Notes under the pieces: model-generated
Told to the model about the DNA's origin: nothing
The model's input: the letters and a program-made list of their open reading frames with translations, nothing else
The model's database searches: none
Translations under genes and position numbers: made by a program
Part shown: positions 1-7,850 of the stretch, one piece after another
Layout: each line of letters starts with the position of its first letter
How positions within the stretch are numbered: the first letter of the stretch is position 1
DNA from: a virus
Lineage: Duplodnaviria > Heunggongvirae > Uroviricota > Caudoviricetes
Length of the DNA stretch: 24,423 bases
Direction: 5' to 3' (one strand)
IMG/VR virus record: IMGVR_UViG_2531839474_000007
Location: 1 to 24,423 of that record

Positions 1-23
1 GCCTGTAACTGTTTTTCGTCCAT
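1..23 (-). CDS. 5' end of an ORF (MDEKQLQ...) running off the left edge; next gene downstream of the methyltransferase on the minus strand
   Basis: ATG at 23..21 (minus) preceded by a GAAGG Shine-Dalgarno-like motif about 9 nt upstream; only 7 codons visible. Confidence 0.2.
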
Positions 24-115
24 AAATTAACCTTCATTTGATGCTGGATTGAACATATCAAAATCAGGCAATTACACAAATCTATGTACAGGCTCTAATA
101 ATTTGTTGAAATAAA

Positions 116-775
116 CTAAATATGTATATGTTTACCAACAACCACATATGAACTACCTGCTTTGCTCCATGATTTTATTATTTCTAAATTATTATCTGAG
201 CATATTTTACTTACAGTATCCACATCTAATAAACCATAGTAGAAAGCATTGCGAGAGTTTTGGTATATATACCCATGCAAATGTTTAATACCGCTCTCGT
301 ACCTCTTGAAATAAGAACTTTTGTATTGATTGACAATCAGTGCTTCACCATCACTCTTTAATAATTCTCTAATCGCACTGAGGACTTTGTGAATTGTGGA
401 TTCACATGGAATTGCGGAAAGCACGTTTGCGCAAAGTATGAAATCATAATGATTTGTTATTTTATCTATATTTTCATAAGAAACAATATTAGCATTCTTA
501 TAGTTATTTATCACGTAATCTGGAATCGTGGTTTGTACACCTCTGATAATTTGCACTCTTTCTAGTTGTCTTCTGGAATCTAAAAATGTCACAGTTTCAA
601 ATTTATTTACTAATTGTTCTGAATATCTAAGTTTTCCACATCCAAAATCAATGGCATTGCCATTTTTATTAGTGCTTTCAATCTGTTTACAGAGATAGTT
701 AGATGGCATAGTGTGCGGTTTCGCTGCATTTTCTGAACGTATGTTTATTCCATTTATTTTGTAATTCAAAATCAA
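116..775 (-). CDS. class I SAM-dependent methyltransferase, substrate unknown
   Basis: 219-aa ORF from the track; motif I AIDFGCGKL (Gly-rich SAM loop), acidic post-I residue in VTFLD, motif II DFILCANVL, motif III LLKSDGEALIV. Very AT-rich. Start uncertain: TTG at 775 or 769, or ATG at 709. Confidence 0.6.
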   Translation of the reverse strand: MILNYKINGINIRSENAAKPHTMPSNYLCKQIESTNKNGNAIDFGCGKLRYSEQLVNKFETVTFLDSRRQLERVQIIRGVQTTIPDYVINNYKNANIVSYENIDKITNHYDFILCANVLSAIPCESTIHKVLSAIRELLKSDGEALIVNQYKSSYFKRYESGIKHLHGYIYQNSRNAFYYGLLDVDTVSKICSDNNLEIIKSWSKAGSSYVVVGKHIHI

Positions 776-1380
776 CCTCGTTTAAAAAATATTGTTATTG
801 TTAAAGAATTCTTTTATTTTGCTATCAGGTATTTGTCTTACTTGGCTTTCTGTTCTTGGTTTAACTGATGCTATGAAAATAAGGAAGTCAAATGCGACAA
901 GAGAAATAATCCACAACCAAAGATTAATTAAAGAGCCAGTAACAGAGAATATATTTGTTAATTTGGCGATACTTATTATTAAAATAGTAACAAATGCGAT
1001 TACTGTATGTTCAAAGAAAACCCAAAAGTAATAAACTTTGTTCCAGAAAAGTTCAACGTAATGTTTGTCTTTTAACTCTTTAACTTCTGGGTAATACAGT
1101 TTACTCATTACCTTGTGAGATTCATCAGTAGTTAATTTTCTCGTAACGCCTGCAATTTTTGCTAATGGTTTAATAATTAAATGACTATCCCACATCTTCC
1201 TTATTCCAATAATTTTTGCTACATTATTATGTAGATCTAAAGCTCCACTAATTACTGACCAAAAAACTGAAGATGCAATTGGTAATATGCCAAAGGTTAA
1301 TATCCATTTAATAAATTCCTCGTAGTCTTTAACGGGGGTGAACCGCCCCGGTTTTCCTGGAGAGTGTTTTATCTGTGAAC

Positions 1381-2268
1381 TCAGGCTGCCAGATCATCGT
1401 TTCTGATGGAAGCATAATAAGCTTTTTCTGCTTCTGCCGGAGGGATATGACCCAGCCTTCCCAGCAATCGTCGATTGTTATACCAGTCCACCCACGTGAG
1501 TGTGGCCAGTTCCACTTCTGCACGGTTTTTCCAGCTCTTACGGTGTATTACCTCCGCTTTGTAAAGACCATTGATGCTCTCCGCCATCGCGTTGTCATAC
1601 GAGTCACCTGTACTCCCTGTTGATGCCAGCAGTTTTGCTTCTTTTAGTCGCTCCGTATAGGCCAGTGATACATACTGAGAACCTTTATCACTGTGATGGA
1701 CTGTGCCGGACGGCCGACGGGCCCACAACGCCTGCTCCAGTGCATCCAGCACGAATGTCGTTTCCATAGACGATGAGACTCGCCACCCCACGATACATCC
1801 GGCAAACACATCAATGATGAACGCCACATAGACGAAGCCCTGCCATGTGCTGACGTAAGTAAAATCAGCCACCCACAGCTGGTCAGGACGTTCTGCCACG
1901 AACTGACGGTTTACGCGGTCGCCTGCGGAAACGGCTTTCCGGCTGACGGTAGTACGGACCTTTTTACCCCGGAGAACACCGGCAAGTCCCATAACCGCCA
2001 TGAGGCGCGCCACTGTACATCTGGCCACCCTGATACCTTCGCGTAACAACTGGCGCCAGACTTTACGCACACCGTACACCTGATGATTTTCATCGTATAC
2101 GCGCTGTATCTCTCTCTTCAGCCAGTCATCGCGCTGAGCACGGGCACTGCGTTTATCAGGATGATGTCGCTGTTGCTGACAGTGGTAATACGTTGACGGG
2201 GCAATATGCAGTTCACTGCATACCGGTCCGACCCCGTACTGCTCACGCAGCTTATCCAGCAGCGGCAT
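1381..2268 (-). CDS. IS629 OrfB transposase (DDE/integrase catalytic region)
   Basis: 295-aa ORF identical to the copy-2 OrfB; -1 frame relative to orfA. Confidence 0.9.
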   Translation of the reverse strand: MPLLDKLREQYGVGPVCSELHIAPSTYYHCQQQRHHPDKRSARAQRDDWLKREIQRVYDENHQVYGVRKVWRQLLREGIRVARCTVARLMAVMGLAGVLRGKKVRTTVSRKAVSAGDRVNRQFVAERPDQLWVADFTYVSTWQGFVYVAFIIDVFAGCIVGWRVSSSMETTFVLDALEQALWARRPSGTVHHSDKGSQYVSLAYTERLKEAKLLASTGSTGDSYDNAMAESINGLYKAEVIHRKSWKNRAEVELATLTWVDWYNNRRLLGRLGHIPPAEAEKAYYASIRNDDLAA

Positions 2269-2594
2269 TATTTTTTCCAGAGGCGGTCGAACTCCGCCTT
2301 CGCAAAATAAGCGGAAGCCTGGCGAAGGATATCGTTACTGCGGCGCAGTTCACGATTTTCACGTTCCAGCTCTTTCAGACGCTGACGTTCAGCGGTGGTG
2401 AGTCCACCATCACCACTCCCGGTATCCCGCTCATGCTGACGAACCCACACACGCAGAGTCTCTGGTGTACAGCCAATCTTTGGGGCAATGGAACAAATTG
2501 CCGCCCATTGTGAGTCATATTCGCCCTGACTTTCCAGAACCATACGAACTGCCCGTTGACGGACCTCGGGGGAAAAACGTGTATTTTTAGTCAT
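2268..2594 (-). CDS. IS629 OrfA (HTH DNA-binding transposase subunit)
   Basis: 108-aa [22 protein letters not shown]... with C-terminal leucine-zipper-like region; ends in the A6 tract where IS3-family -1 frameshifting occurs. Confidence 0.9.
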   Translation of the reverse strand: MTKNTRFSPEVRQRAVRMVLESQGEYDSQWAAICSIAPKIGCTPETLRVWVRQHERDTGSGDGGLTTAERQRLKELERENRELRRSNDILRQASAYFAKAEFDRLWKK

Positions 2595-3374
2595 CCTGTT
2601 TACCTCTTTCTCAGGGAGTTTAGTCTCCAGGATTCCCGGGGCGGTTCAGGGGGGATATACTTGGCATTAATGCCAACCAATGGCATGTAGCCATAAATGA
2701 CTAATGATAGGTAAAATATAAATGTAGTAATAAAAGTCGCCTTATGGAGCATAGGCAACATTTCATTATAACTCTTTGGTGGTTCTAACATTTTACTCTC
2801 CAAACACTCAAAAAAAAGCTAATCTTCTATAATAACGAAATTCAGCTGGCACAATTAAAGATTAATTGCCACCAATTTCTTGATTTTATAATTTTATCTA
2901 AATGTTTTTGATTAATCTAGTCCTAAAAGAAACCTACTGCATAAATATTTATGCTGATGACCCACTCCCTGTTCGTTAACACATAGCAACGTTAGTAATG
3001 CATCCTAAGTGATCAATATTTTTGCTAGCTTCATCTGCTCGCTCAAAGGGAACTATAATGTTGGCTTGCGTGTGACTTGGCATGTTTAAAGAAGTGCTGG
3101 TGGTGACTGGTTGCTGTTTTCCATTTCCACAGAACAAAATCATAGAAACTATACCCAGTAGTTGTATTGAATCACTGACGAGACAGCCTCATATTTATCA
3201 GGACTGGTGTACGTCCAATACAGGAGGTTGTGGTGCTGGTTCTCAAATGTGCGCTGGCTATTGCTGCTGTAATGGCAATTTATTGTCTTGCTGTTGTTCT
3301 TATGGATCACCTTTCTGATTGATTTCATATTGGCGAGGTAACGGTAGTTAAGTAGAATTGCTGCGGGTGCTTGA

Positions 3375-3412
3375 GGCTATCTGCCTCGGGCATCAACACC
3401 AAAGGCAGATAG
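3375..3412 (+). promoter_or_regulatory. perfect 10-bp inverted repeat (CTATCTGCCT ... AGGCAGATAG) in the hok/mok leader; presumed mRNA structural element
   Basis: Hairpin read directly; no T-run on either strand so not an obvious terminator; lies where hok mRNA 5' regulatory structures and the antisense sok gene are expected. Confidence 0.35.
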
Positions 3413-3476
3413 AGAAAAGCCCCAGTTAACATTACGCGTCCGGCAAGACGCTTAACATTAATCTGAGGCCATATCT

Positions 3477-3689
3477 ATGCTCTACACACGTAGGTTAGCC
3501 TCTTACGTGCCGAAAGGCAAGGAGAAGCAGGCTATGAAGCAGCAAAAGGCGATGTTAATCGCCCTGATCGTCATCTGTTTAACCGTCATAGTGACGGCAC
3601 TGGTAACGAGGAAAGACCTCTGCGAGGTACGAATCCGAACCGGCCAGACGGAGGTCGCTGTCTTCACAGCTTACGAATCTGAGGAGTAA
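3477..3689 (+). CDS. mok: mok-like reading frame (in-frame N-terminal extension overlapping hok)
   Basis: 70-aa ORF with GAGG Shine-Dalgarno 8 nt upstream of ATG 3477; contains the complete Hok frame. Confidence 0.45.
   Translation: MLYTRRLASYVPKGKEKQAMKQQKAMLIALIVICLTVIVTALVTRKDLCEVRIRTGQTEVAVFTAYESEE
3534..3689 (+). CDS. hok: Hok/Gef-family type I toxin (HokD/RelF-like small membrane toxin)
   Basis: 51-aa MKQQKAMLIALIVICLTVIVTALVTRKDLCEVRIRTGQTEVAVFTAYESEE; GGAG Shine-Dalgarno 9 nt upstream; single transmembrane helix plus conserved Cys; near-identical to my recollection of HokD. Confidence 0.85.
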   Translation: MKQQKAMLIALIVICLTVIVTALVTRKDLCEVRIRTGQTEVAVFTAYESEE

Positions 3690-3755
3690 GAGACCCGGCG
3701 GGGGAGAAATCCCTCGCCACCTCTGATGTGTCAGGCATTCTCAACGCACCCGCAT

Positions 3756-3786
3756 TTAACCCGCTTCGGCGGGTTTTTGTTTTTAT
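3756..3786 (+). terminator. rho-independent terminator downstream of hok
   Basis: AACCCGC-TTCG-GCGGGTT stem-loop followed by TTTTTGTTTTTATTTT. Confidence 0.75.
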
Positions 3787-3909
3787 TTTCAACGCGTTTG
3801 AAGTTCTGGGCGGTGCCGGAATAGAATCAAAAATACTTAAGTAGCGCGCAGGGATAAGAGGGATGGACCCCGAACAGGGGAGTGCTATTTATCTGGAAGG
3901 ATTCTGTTG

Positions 3910-4170
3910 ATGAAAATCGAAGAATTACGTGAAATTTTTACTGAAGATGGCCTCTATACTGTGCGCGTTGAGAATGGTGCTATTGTCAGTCACTGCCGTA
4001 TTAAATGTTTACAATCTAAACAAAGGAAGAGTGGTGCTGCGTTAATTTATTTTGTGGATGAACTTGTGACAGATGGTTTTATTTTGCGTGAAAATGAATT
4101 TGTCACATCATTGCAGTCTCTGAAAGAAGCTGGGCTTAAGGCTGGTTTTTCTGCTTTTGAAGATGAGTAA
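3910..4170 (+). CDS. hypothetical small protein; positional equivalent of rem in the Qin prophage
   Basis: 86-aa ORF with GGAAGGA upstream; position between hok and the ydfU-like gene matches the Qin order hokD-rem-ydfU; no motif recognised. Confidence 0.45.
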   Translation: MKIEELREIFTEDGLYTVRVENGAIVSHCRIKCLQSKQRKSGAALIYFVDELVTDGFILRENEFVTSLQSLKEAGLKAGFSAFEDE

Positions 4171-4236
4171 ATTCATCTACAATTCAGCACAGGGCTGAAC
4201 CCCTGTTGAGTAACACTGTGCCACCGGAGAAAACCG

Positions 4237-4515
4237 ATGGCGCAAAATTCCAGACCACACAATTCTGATAATTCAGCCGTCTTTGCCAGCAGGCACGGGC
4301 GGCGTTCTCATGCATTCAAATATGACTGGTACCAGCATGACCCATGCACTGAAGAACAGGCCGAATGGCTGATTCAGAACTACCGCAGGCGTGGGTATGA
4401 GTTTAGGAAAGCCCTCAGCCTCGATTATCGTCACTGGATAATCTACGTCAGGCTCCCTTATTCCGAACGCCCACCGCGTCCGTCCCGCACATTCCAGCAA
4501 CGCATCTGGAGGTAA
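4237..4515 (+). CDS. hypothetical protein (92 aa), basic/aromatic-rich
   Basis: ATG with GGAGA Shine-Dalgarno 7 nt upstream; stop abuts the start of the next gene; no motif recognised. Confidence 0.45.
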   Translation: MAQNSRPHNSDNSAVFASRHGRRSHAFKYDWYQHDPCTEEQAEWLIQNYRRRGYEFRKALSLDYRHWIIYVRLPYSERPPRPSRTFQQRIWR

Positions 4516-4516
4516 C

Positions 4517-5566
4517 GTGCGGGTATTACTTCGACCTGTTCCGGTACCGGAACTTGGGCTGGTGGTCCTTAAGCCGGGCCGTGAATCCATGCAGGTATTT
4601 CATAACCCTCGAGTGCTGGTGGAGCCGGAACCAAAAAGCATGCGCGGTCTGCCGTCCGGAGTCGTTCCTGCCGTTCGCCAGCCGCTGGCGGAGGATAAAT
4701 CATTACTGCCATTTTTCAGCGATGAGCGGGTGATTCGTGCTGCTGGCGGCGCTGGTGCACTGTCTGACTGGCTGTTGCGTCATGTCAAATCCTGCCAGTG
4801 GCCTCATGGTGACTATCATCACAGTGAAACCGTCATACATCGTTACGGTACCGGCGCGATGGTGTTGTGCTGGCACTGCGACAACCAGCTGCGTGACCAG
4901 ACCTCTGAATCACTCGGGCAACTTGCTCATCAAAACCTGTCAGCATGGATGATTGACGTCATACGCCATGCAATGAATGGCACACAGGAGCGGGAATTAT
5001 CTCTGGCTGAATTATCCTGGTGGGCGGTCCGCAATCAGGTGGCGGACGCGCTACCGGAAGCTGTATTACGTCGTTCACTGGGGTTGCGTGCGGAAAAAAT
5101 CCGCTCCTTGTACCGCGAAAGCGACATCGTACCGGGAGAGCAGACCGCCACCAGCATACTGAAGCAGCGCACAAAAAATCTTGCGCCGTTGCTTCACACC
5201 CACCAGCCACAGAACCCAGCACAGGAAAAGGCGGTGGTCAGCATTACCGTTGATCCGGAGTCTCCGGAATCTTTCATGAGGCGACCTAAACGTCGCCGTT
5301 GGGTAAATGAGAAATATACGAGCTGGGTGAAGACACAGCCGTGTGCGTGTTGTGGTCAGCCAGCCGACGATCCCCATCACCTGATTGGTCACGGTCAGGG
5401 AGGGATGGGAACAAAATCCCACGATATTTTCACGCTACCGCTGTGTCGGGAGCATCACAACGAGCTTCATGCGGATCCGCTGGCGTTCGAAGAAAAGCAT
5501 GGTTCCCAGATTGATTTAATTTTTCGTTTTCTTGATCACGCCTTTGCAACCGGCGTGCTCGGGTAA
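4517..5566 (+). CDS. ydfU: DUF968-type prophage protein with C-terminal HNH-like zinc-finger nuclease motif (YdfU-like)
   Basis: 349-aa ORF; C-terminal CACCGQPADDPHHLIGHGQGG...CREHHNELH is an HNH-type motif; sits upstream of rusA and Q as in Qin; GTG start at 4517 after GGAGG. Confidence 0.65.
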   Translation: MRVLLRPVPVPELGLVVLKPGRESMQVFHNPRVLVEPEPKSMRGLPSGVVPAVRQPLAEDKSLLPFFSDERVIRAAGGAGALSDWLLRHVKSCQWPHGDYHHSETVIHRYGTGAMVLCWHCDNQLRDQTSESLGQLAHQNLSAWMIDVIRHAMNGTQERELSLAELSWWAVRNQVADALPEAVLRRSLGLRAEKIRSLYRESDIVPGEQTATSILKQRTKNLAPLLHTHQPQNPAQEKAVVSITVDPESPESFMRRPKRRRWVNEKYTSWVKTQPCACCGQPADDPHHLIGHGQGGMGTKSHDIFTLPLCREHHNELHADPLAFEEKHGSQIDLIFRFLDHAFATGVLG

Positions 5567-5578
5567 AAGAGGTTACTG

Positions 5579-5938
5579 ATGCGTATAGAGTTTGTTTTGC
5601 CTTACCCGCCAACGGTGAACACCTACTGGCGGCGTCGTGGCAGCACATATTTTGTATCAAAAGTCGGTGAGCGTTATCGCCGTGATGTGGCGCTTATTGT
5701 TCGCCAGCAGCAACTGAAATTAAACCTGTCCGGAAGGCTGGCAATAAAAATTATTGCAGAGCCACCGGATAAGCGCCGTCGTGACCTGGACAATATCCTG
5801 AAGGCACCACTGGATGCACTGACGCATGCGGGGCTGCTCATAGACGACGAGCAGTTTGATGAAATTAATATTGTGCGCGGTCAGCTTGTTCCTAGTGGGC
5901 GGTTGGGGATAAAAATCACAGAACTGGGGTGCGCATGA
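5579..5938 (+). CDS. rusA: RusA-family Holliday junction resolvase
   Basis: 119 aa; the acidic motif DKRRRDLDN and overall similarity to E. coli RusA; typical lambdoid nin-region position just upstream of Q. Confidence 0.85.
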   Translation: MRIEFVLPYPPTVNTYWRRRGSTYFVSKVGERYRRDVALIVRQQQLKLNLSGRLAIKIIAEPPDKRRRDLDNILKAPLDALTHAGLLIDDEQFDEINIVRGQLVPSGRLGIKITELGCA

Positions 5939-6624
5939 ATAACCAGTATTTACAGTTTGTGCGTGAGCAGCTCATTATCGCCACCGCTGATTTGAGTGGG
6001 GCAACAAAAGGTCAGCTTGAAGCCTGGCAGGAGAATGCCATGTTCGATACAGGGCGTTACAGGCGTAAAAAAATCCGGTACCGCGATGAAGTGACTGGAA
6101 AAATGATAACGCGGGATAATCCACCAATCCCGGGAAAGCAATCGCTGGCGAAGGGGACGTCAATTCCTCTGGTCAGTCCGATTGAGTTTTCGACATCATC
6201 GTGGCGGCGGGCTGTTCTGTCTCTTGAAGAACATCATAAAGCCTGGTTGTTGTGGTGTTACAGCGGGAGTATTTGTTGGGAATATCAGATCGCGATAACA
6301 CAGTGGGCGTGGAATGAATTTAATACTCAATCCGGTACCAGAAAAATTGCAGGGAAAACGCAGGAACGCCTGAAAAAATTAATCTGGCTGGCGGCGCAGG
6401 CAGTAAAAGCAGAACTTTTTGGTGGGGAAGGTTATGAATACAAGGAGCTGGCATTACTGGTGGGAGTGACAACTAAAAACTGGTCCAAAACATTTACTCG
6501 TCACTGGGTTGCAATGAAACACATTTTTCACCGACTGGATAGTGAGGCTTTATTGTTTGTAATGAGAACGCGTTCAAAACAAAAGGCGGCATTTTCAAAG
6601 CAAAGTGTTGCAAAAGTAGATTGA
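5935..6624 (+). CDS. putative late-gene antiterminator Q (assigned by position)
   Basis: ATG 5935 overlaps the rusA stop (ATGA coupling); 229 aa; immediately followed by a tR'-like terminator and the tRNA cluster; no lambda-Q zinc-finger motif recognised. Confidence 0.45.
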   Translation: MNNQYLQFVREQLIIATADLSGATKGQLEAWQENAMFDTGRYRRKKIRYRDEVTGKMITRDNPPIPGKQSLAKGTSIPLVSPIEFSTSSWRRAVLSLEEHHKAWLLWCYSGSICWEYQIAITQWAWNEFNTQSGTRKIAGKTQERLKKLIWLAAQAVKAELFGGEGYEYKELALLVGVTTKNWSKTFTRHWVAMKHIFHRLDSEALLFVMRTRSKQKAAFSKQSVAKVD

Positions 6625-6687
6625 AAGGCATATATTTCATGCAAATCTGATATTTTGCCGATTTTGTACGTGATGGCAAAAGCAAAC

Positions 6688-6716
6688 AAAACCCGCCCAC
6701 AAGCGGGTTTTTTTGT
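6688..6716 (+). terminator. rho-independent terminator (tR'-like) downstream of the Q-like gene
   Basis: AAACCCGC-CCACAA-GCGGGTTT stem-loop followed by a T-run. Confidence 0.75.
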
Positions 6717-6834
6717 GCCACTTATCTCGGATAGACATGGTGAATGCGCTGGTGGAGGAAGCAAGGGTAATTTTTAACCAGGTGATTCTTGAATGCTTGC
6801 AACATTGATTTCGTAACGTTATTATCCTGCGCCC

Positions 6835-6910
6835 GGCCCTTTAGCTCAGTGGTGAGAGCGAGCGACTCATAATCGCCAGGCCGCTGGTTCAAATCCAGCA
6901 AGGGCCACCA
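6835..6910 (+). tRNA. tRNA-Ile2 (anticodon CAU, ileX/ileZ-like; lysidine-type) or tRNA-Met
   Basis: 76-nt cloverleaf folded by hand: acceptor GGCCCTT/AAGGGCC, D arm GCTC..GAGC, anticodon loop CTCATAA, T loop TTCAAAT, 3' CCA encoded; close to E. coli ileX as recalled. Confidence 0.85.
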
Positions 6911-6917
6911 TCACATA

Positions 6918-6994
6918 CCGCCATTAGCTCATCGGGATAGAACGCCAGCCTTCGAAGCTGGTTTCGCGGGGTTCGAGTCTCCGATGGCGGTCCA
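6918..6994 (+). tRNA. tRNA-Arg, anticodon UCG as read
   Basis: 77-nt cloverleaf: acceptor CCGCCAT/ATGGCGG, anticodon stem CCAGC/GCTGG with loop CTTCGAA, T arm CGGGG-TTCGAGT-CTCCG, CCA encoded; one D-stem mismatch. Confidence 0.8.
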
Positions 6995-7007
6995 TTATCG
7001 GTATTCT

Positions 7008-7084
7008 GCGTTTTTAGCTCAGCCGGACAGAGCAATTGCCTTCTAAGCAATCGGTCACTGGTTCGAACCCAGTACAACGCACCA
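7008..7084 (+). tRNA. tRNA-Arg, anticodon UCU (argU-like, reads AGA/AGG)
   Basis: 77-nt cloverleaf: anticodon stem ATTGC/GCAAT with loop CTTCTAA, T arm ACTGG-TTCGAAC-CCAGT, CCA encoded; one acceptor-stem mismatch. Confidence 0.8.
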
Positions 7085-7253
7085 CACTTATTTTCCCTCG
7101 CTCGCTTTTGCGGACCTTTTTTGTATCCGCACCACGCCCGGCGCATACCAACCACAGAGCCTTTCGGGGGGAGCTTATGGAGTGGTCAGTGTGACTTTCT
7201 CTGTGGGCAGATCGCTCCCGGGCGTTGGCTCACCCACCCAAAGGAACGTCACG

Positions 7254-7686
7254 ATGTTTGGTATTTTTGGTAAAAAAAGCCCGCAGAGCGGCAACGGAAA
7301 TTAAAAAGTTTGAAAAACGCGATCTGGCACAGGTGGTGATTAACGCCGCATACCTGGTGGCCTGTGCAGATGGTGAATGTGAGGCTTCCTAGAAAGCGAA
7401 GATCGAACAGGTACTGCGTAATCAGCCTGCGCTGTACGCGTTTACGTCAGAAATTAATGCGATTAGCGCAACCATTATCGGTCAGCTGGATACGAACTTT
7501 AAAACTGGTCGTCGTGCGGCGTTACGTGAGATCGAGGATGTGAAACACGATACGCGTGAAGCGGAAGATGTGCTGGATGTGGCGGTGGCCATTGCGGAGG
7601 CAGACGGCGAAATTGAGCCGGAAGAGCGCAAGGTGCTGGAAGAGATTGCCGGTGTTCTGGGTCTTCGTCTGGAGAATTACCTGTGA
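7254..7686 (+). pseudogene. TerB-like (tellurite-resistance TerB-family) gene inactivated by a frameshift and an in-frame amber codon
   Basis: ATG 7254 with AAGGA 8 nt upstream. The frame stops after 16 codons; the +1 frame entered at the A7 tract (7272..7278) continues through two ADG-x5-E type repeats (ACADGECEAS, AEADGEIEPEERKVLEEIAGVLGL) but holds TAG at 7390..7392 before ending at TGA 7684..7686. Confidence 0.55.
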
Positions 7687-7850
7687 CGGTAAAACTGCGC
7701 CTGACTGTGGCTGCACTCCTGCTGTTTCTGGTGGTGATGGTGGATTTCACCAGCAGAATCATGTCGGTGCTGGCGGATGGGGTGCTGGTCTGCGGCATTA
7801 TGGTATTGCTGTGGCCGGTGATAAAAAGAAACAGCCTGCATAATGCTTGA
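7683..7850 (+). CDS. small hydrophobic protein (about 55 aa) translationally coupled to the TerB-like gene
   Basis: GTG 7683 overlaps the upstream TGA (GTGA); two hydrophobic segments (VAALLLFLVVMV, VLVCGIMVLLWPV); alternative ATG starts at 7737 and 7761; below the ORF-track size cutoff. Confidence 0.3.
   Translation: MTVKLRLTVAALLLFLVVMVDFTSRIMSVLADGVLVCGIMVLLWPVIKRNSLHNA

Larger units (their letters stand above)
1339..2648 (-). mobile_element. IS3-family insertion sequence, IS629/IS1203-like, copy 1 (1310 bp)
   Basis: Terminal inverted repeats TGAACCGCCCCGG...CCGGGGCGGTTCA; orfA and orfB in -1 frame relation overlapping at an A6 tract; flanked by G-runs (GGG/GGGG direct duplication); sequence identical to copy 2 where compared. 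Confidence 0.9.
782..2803 (-). pseudogene. multi-pass membrane protein gene interrupted by IS629 (5' part 2803..2649, 3' part 1338..782)
   Basis: Minus-strand frame opens at ATG 2803 (MESKMLEPP..., hydrophobic segment) and runs into the IS end at 2648. Across the IS the same strand is open with no stop from 1338 down to the stop at 782 (PVKDYEEFIKWILTFGILP...MWDSHL...). The two halves join in frame if the IS made a 4-bp GGGG duplication. Confidence 0.55.

Noticed and set aside
4273-5422. Minus-strand ORFs overlapping the 92-aa and YdfU-like genes
   Set aside because: Antisense to plus-strand genes that have Shine-Dalgarno sequences and recognisable motifs
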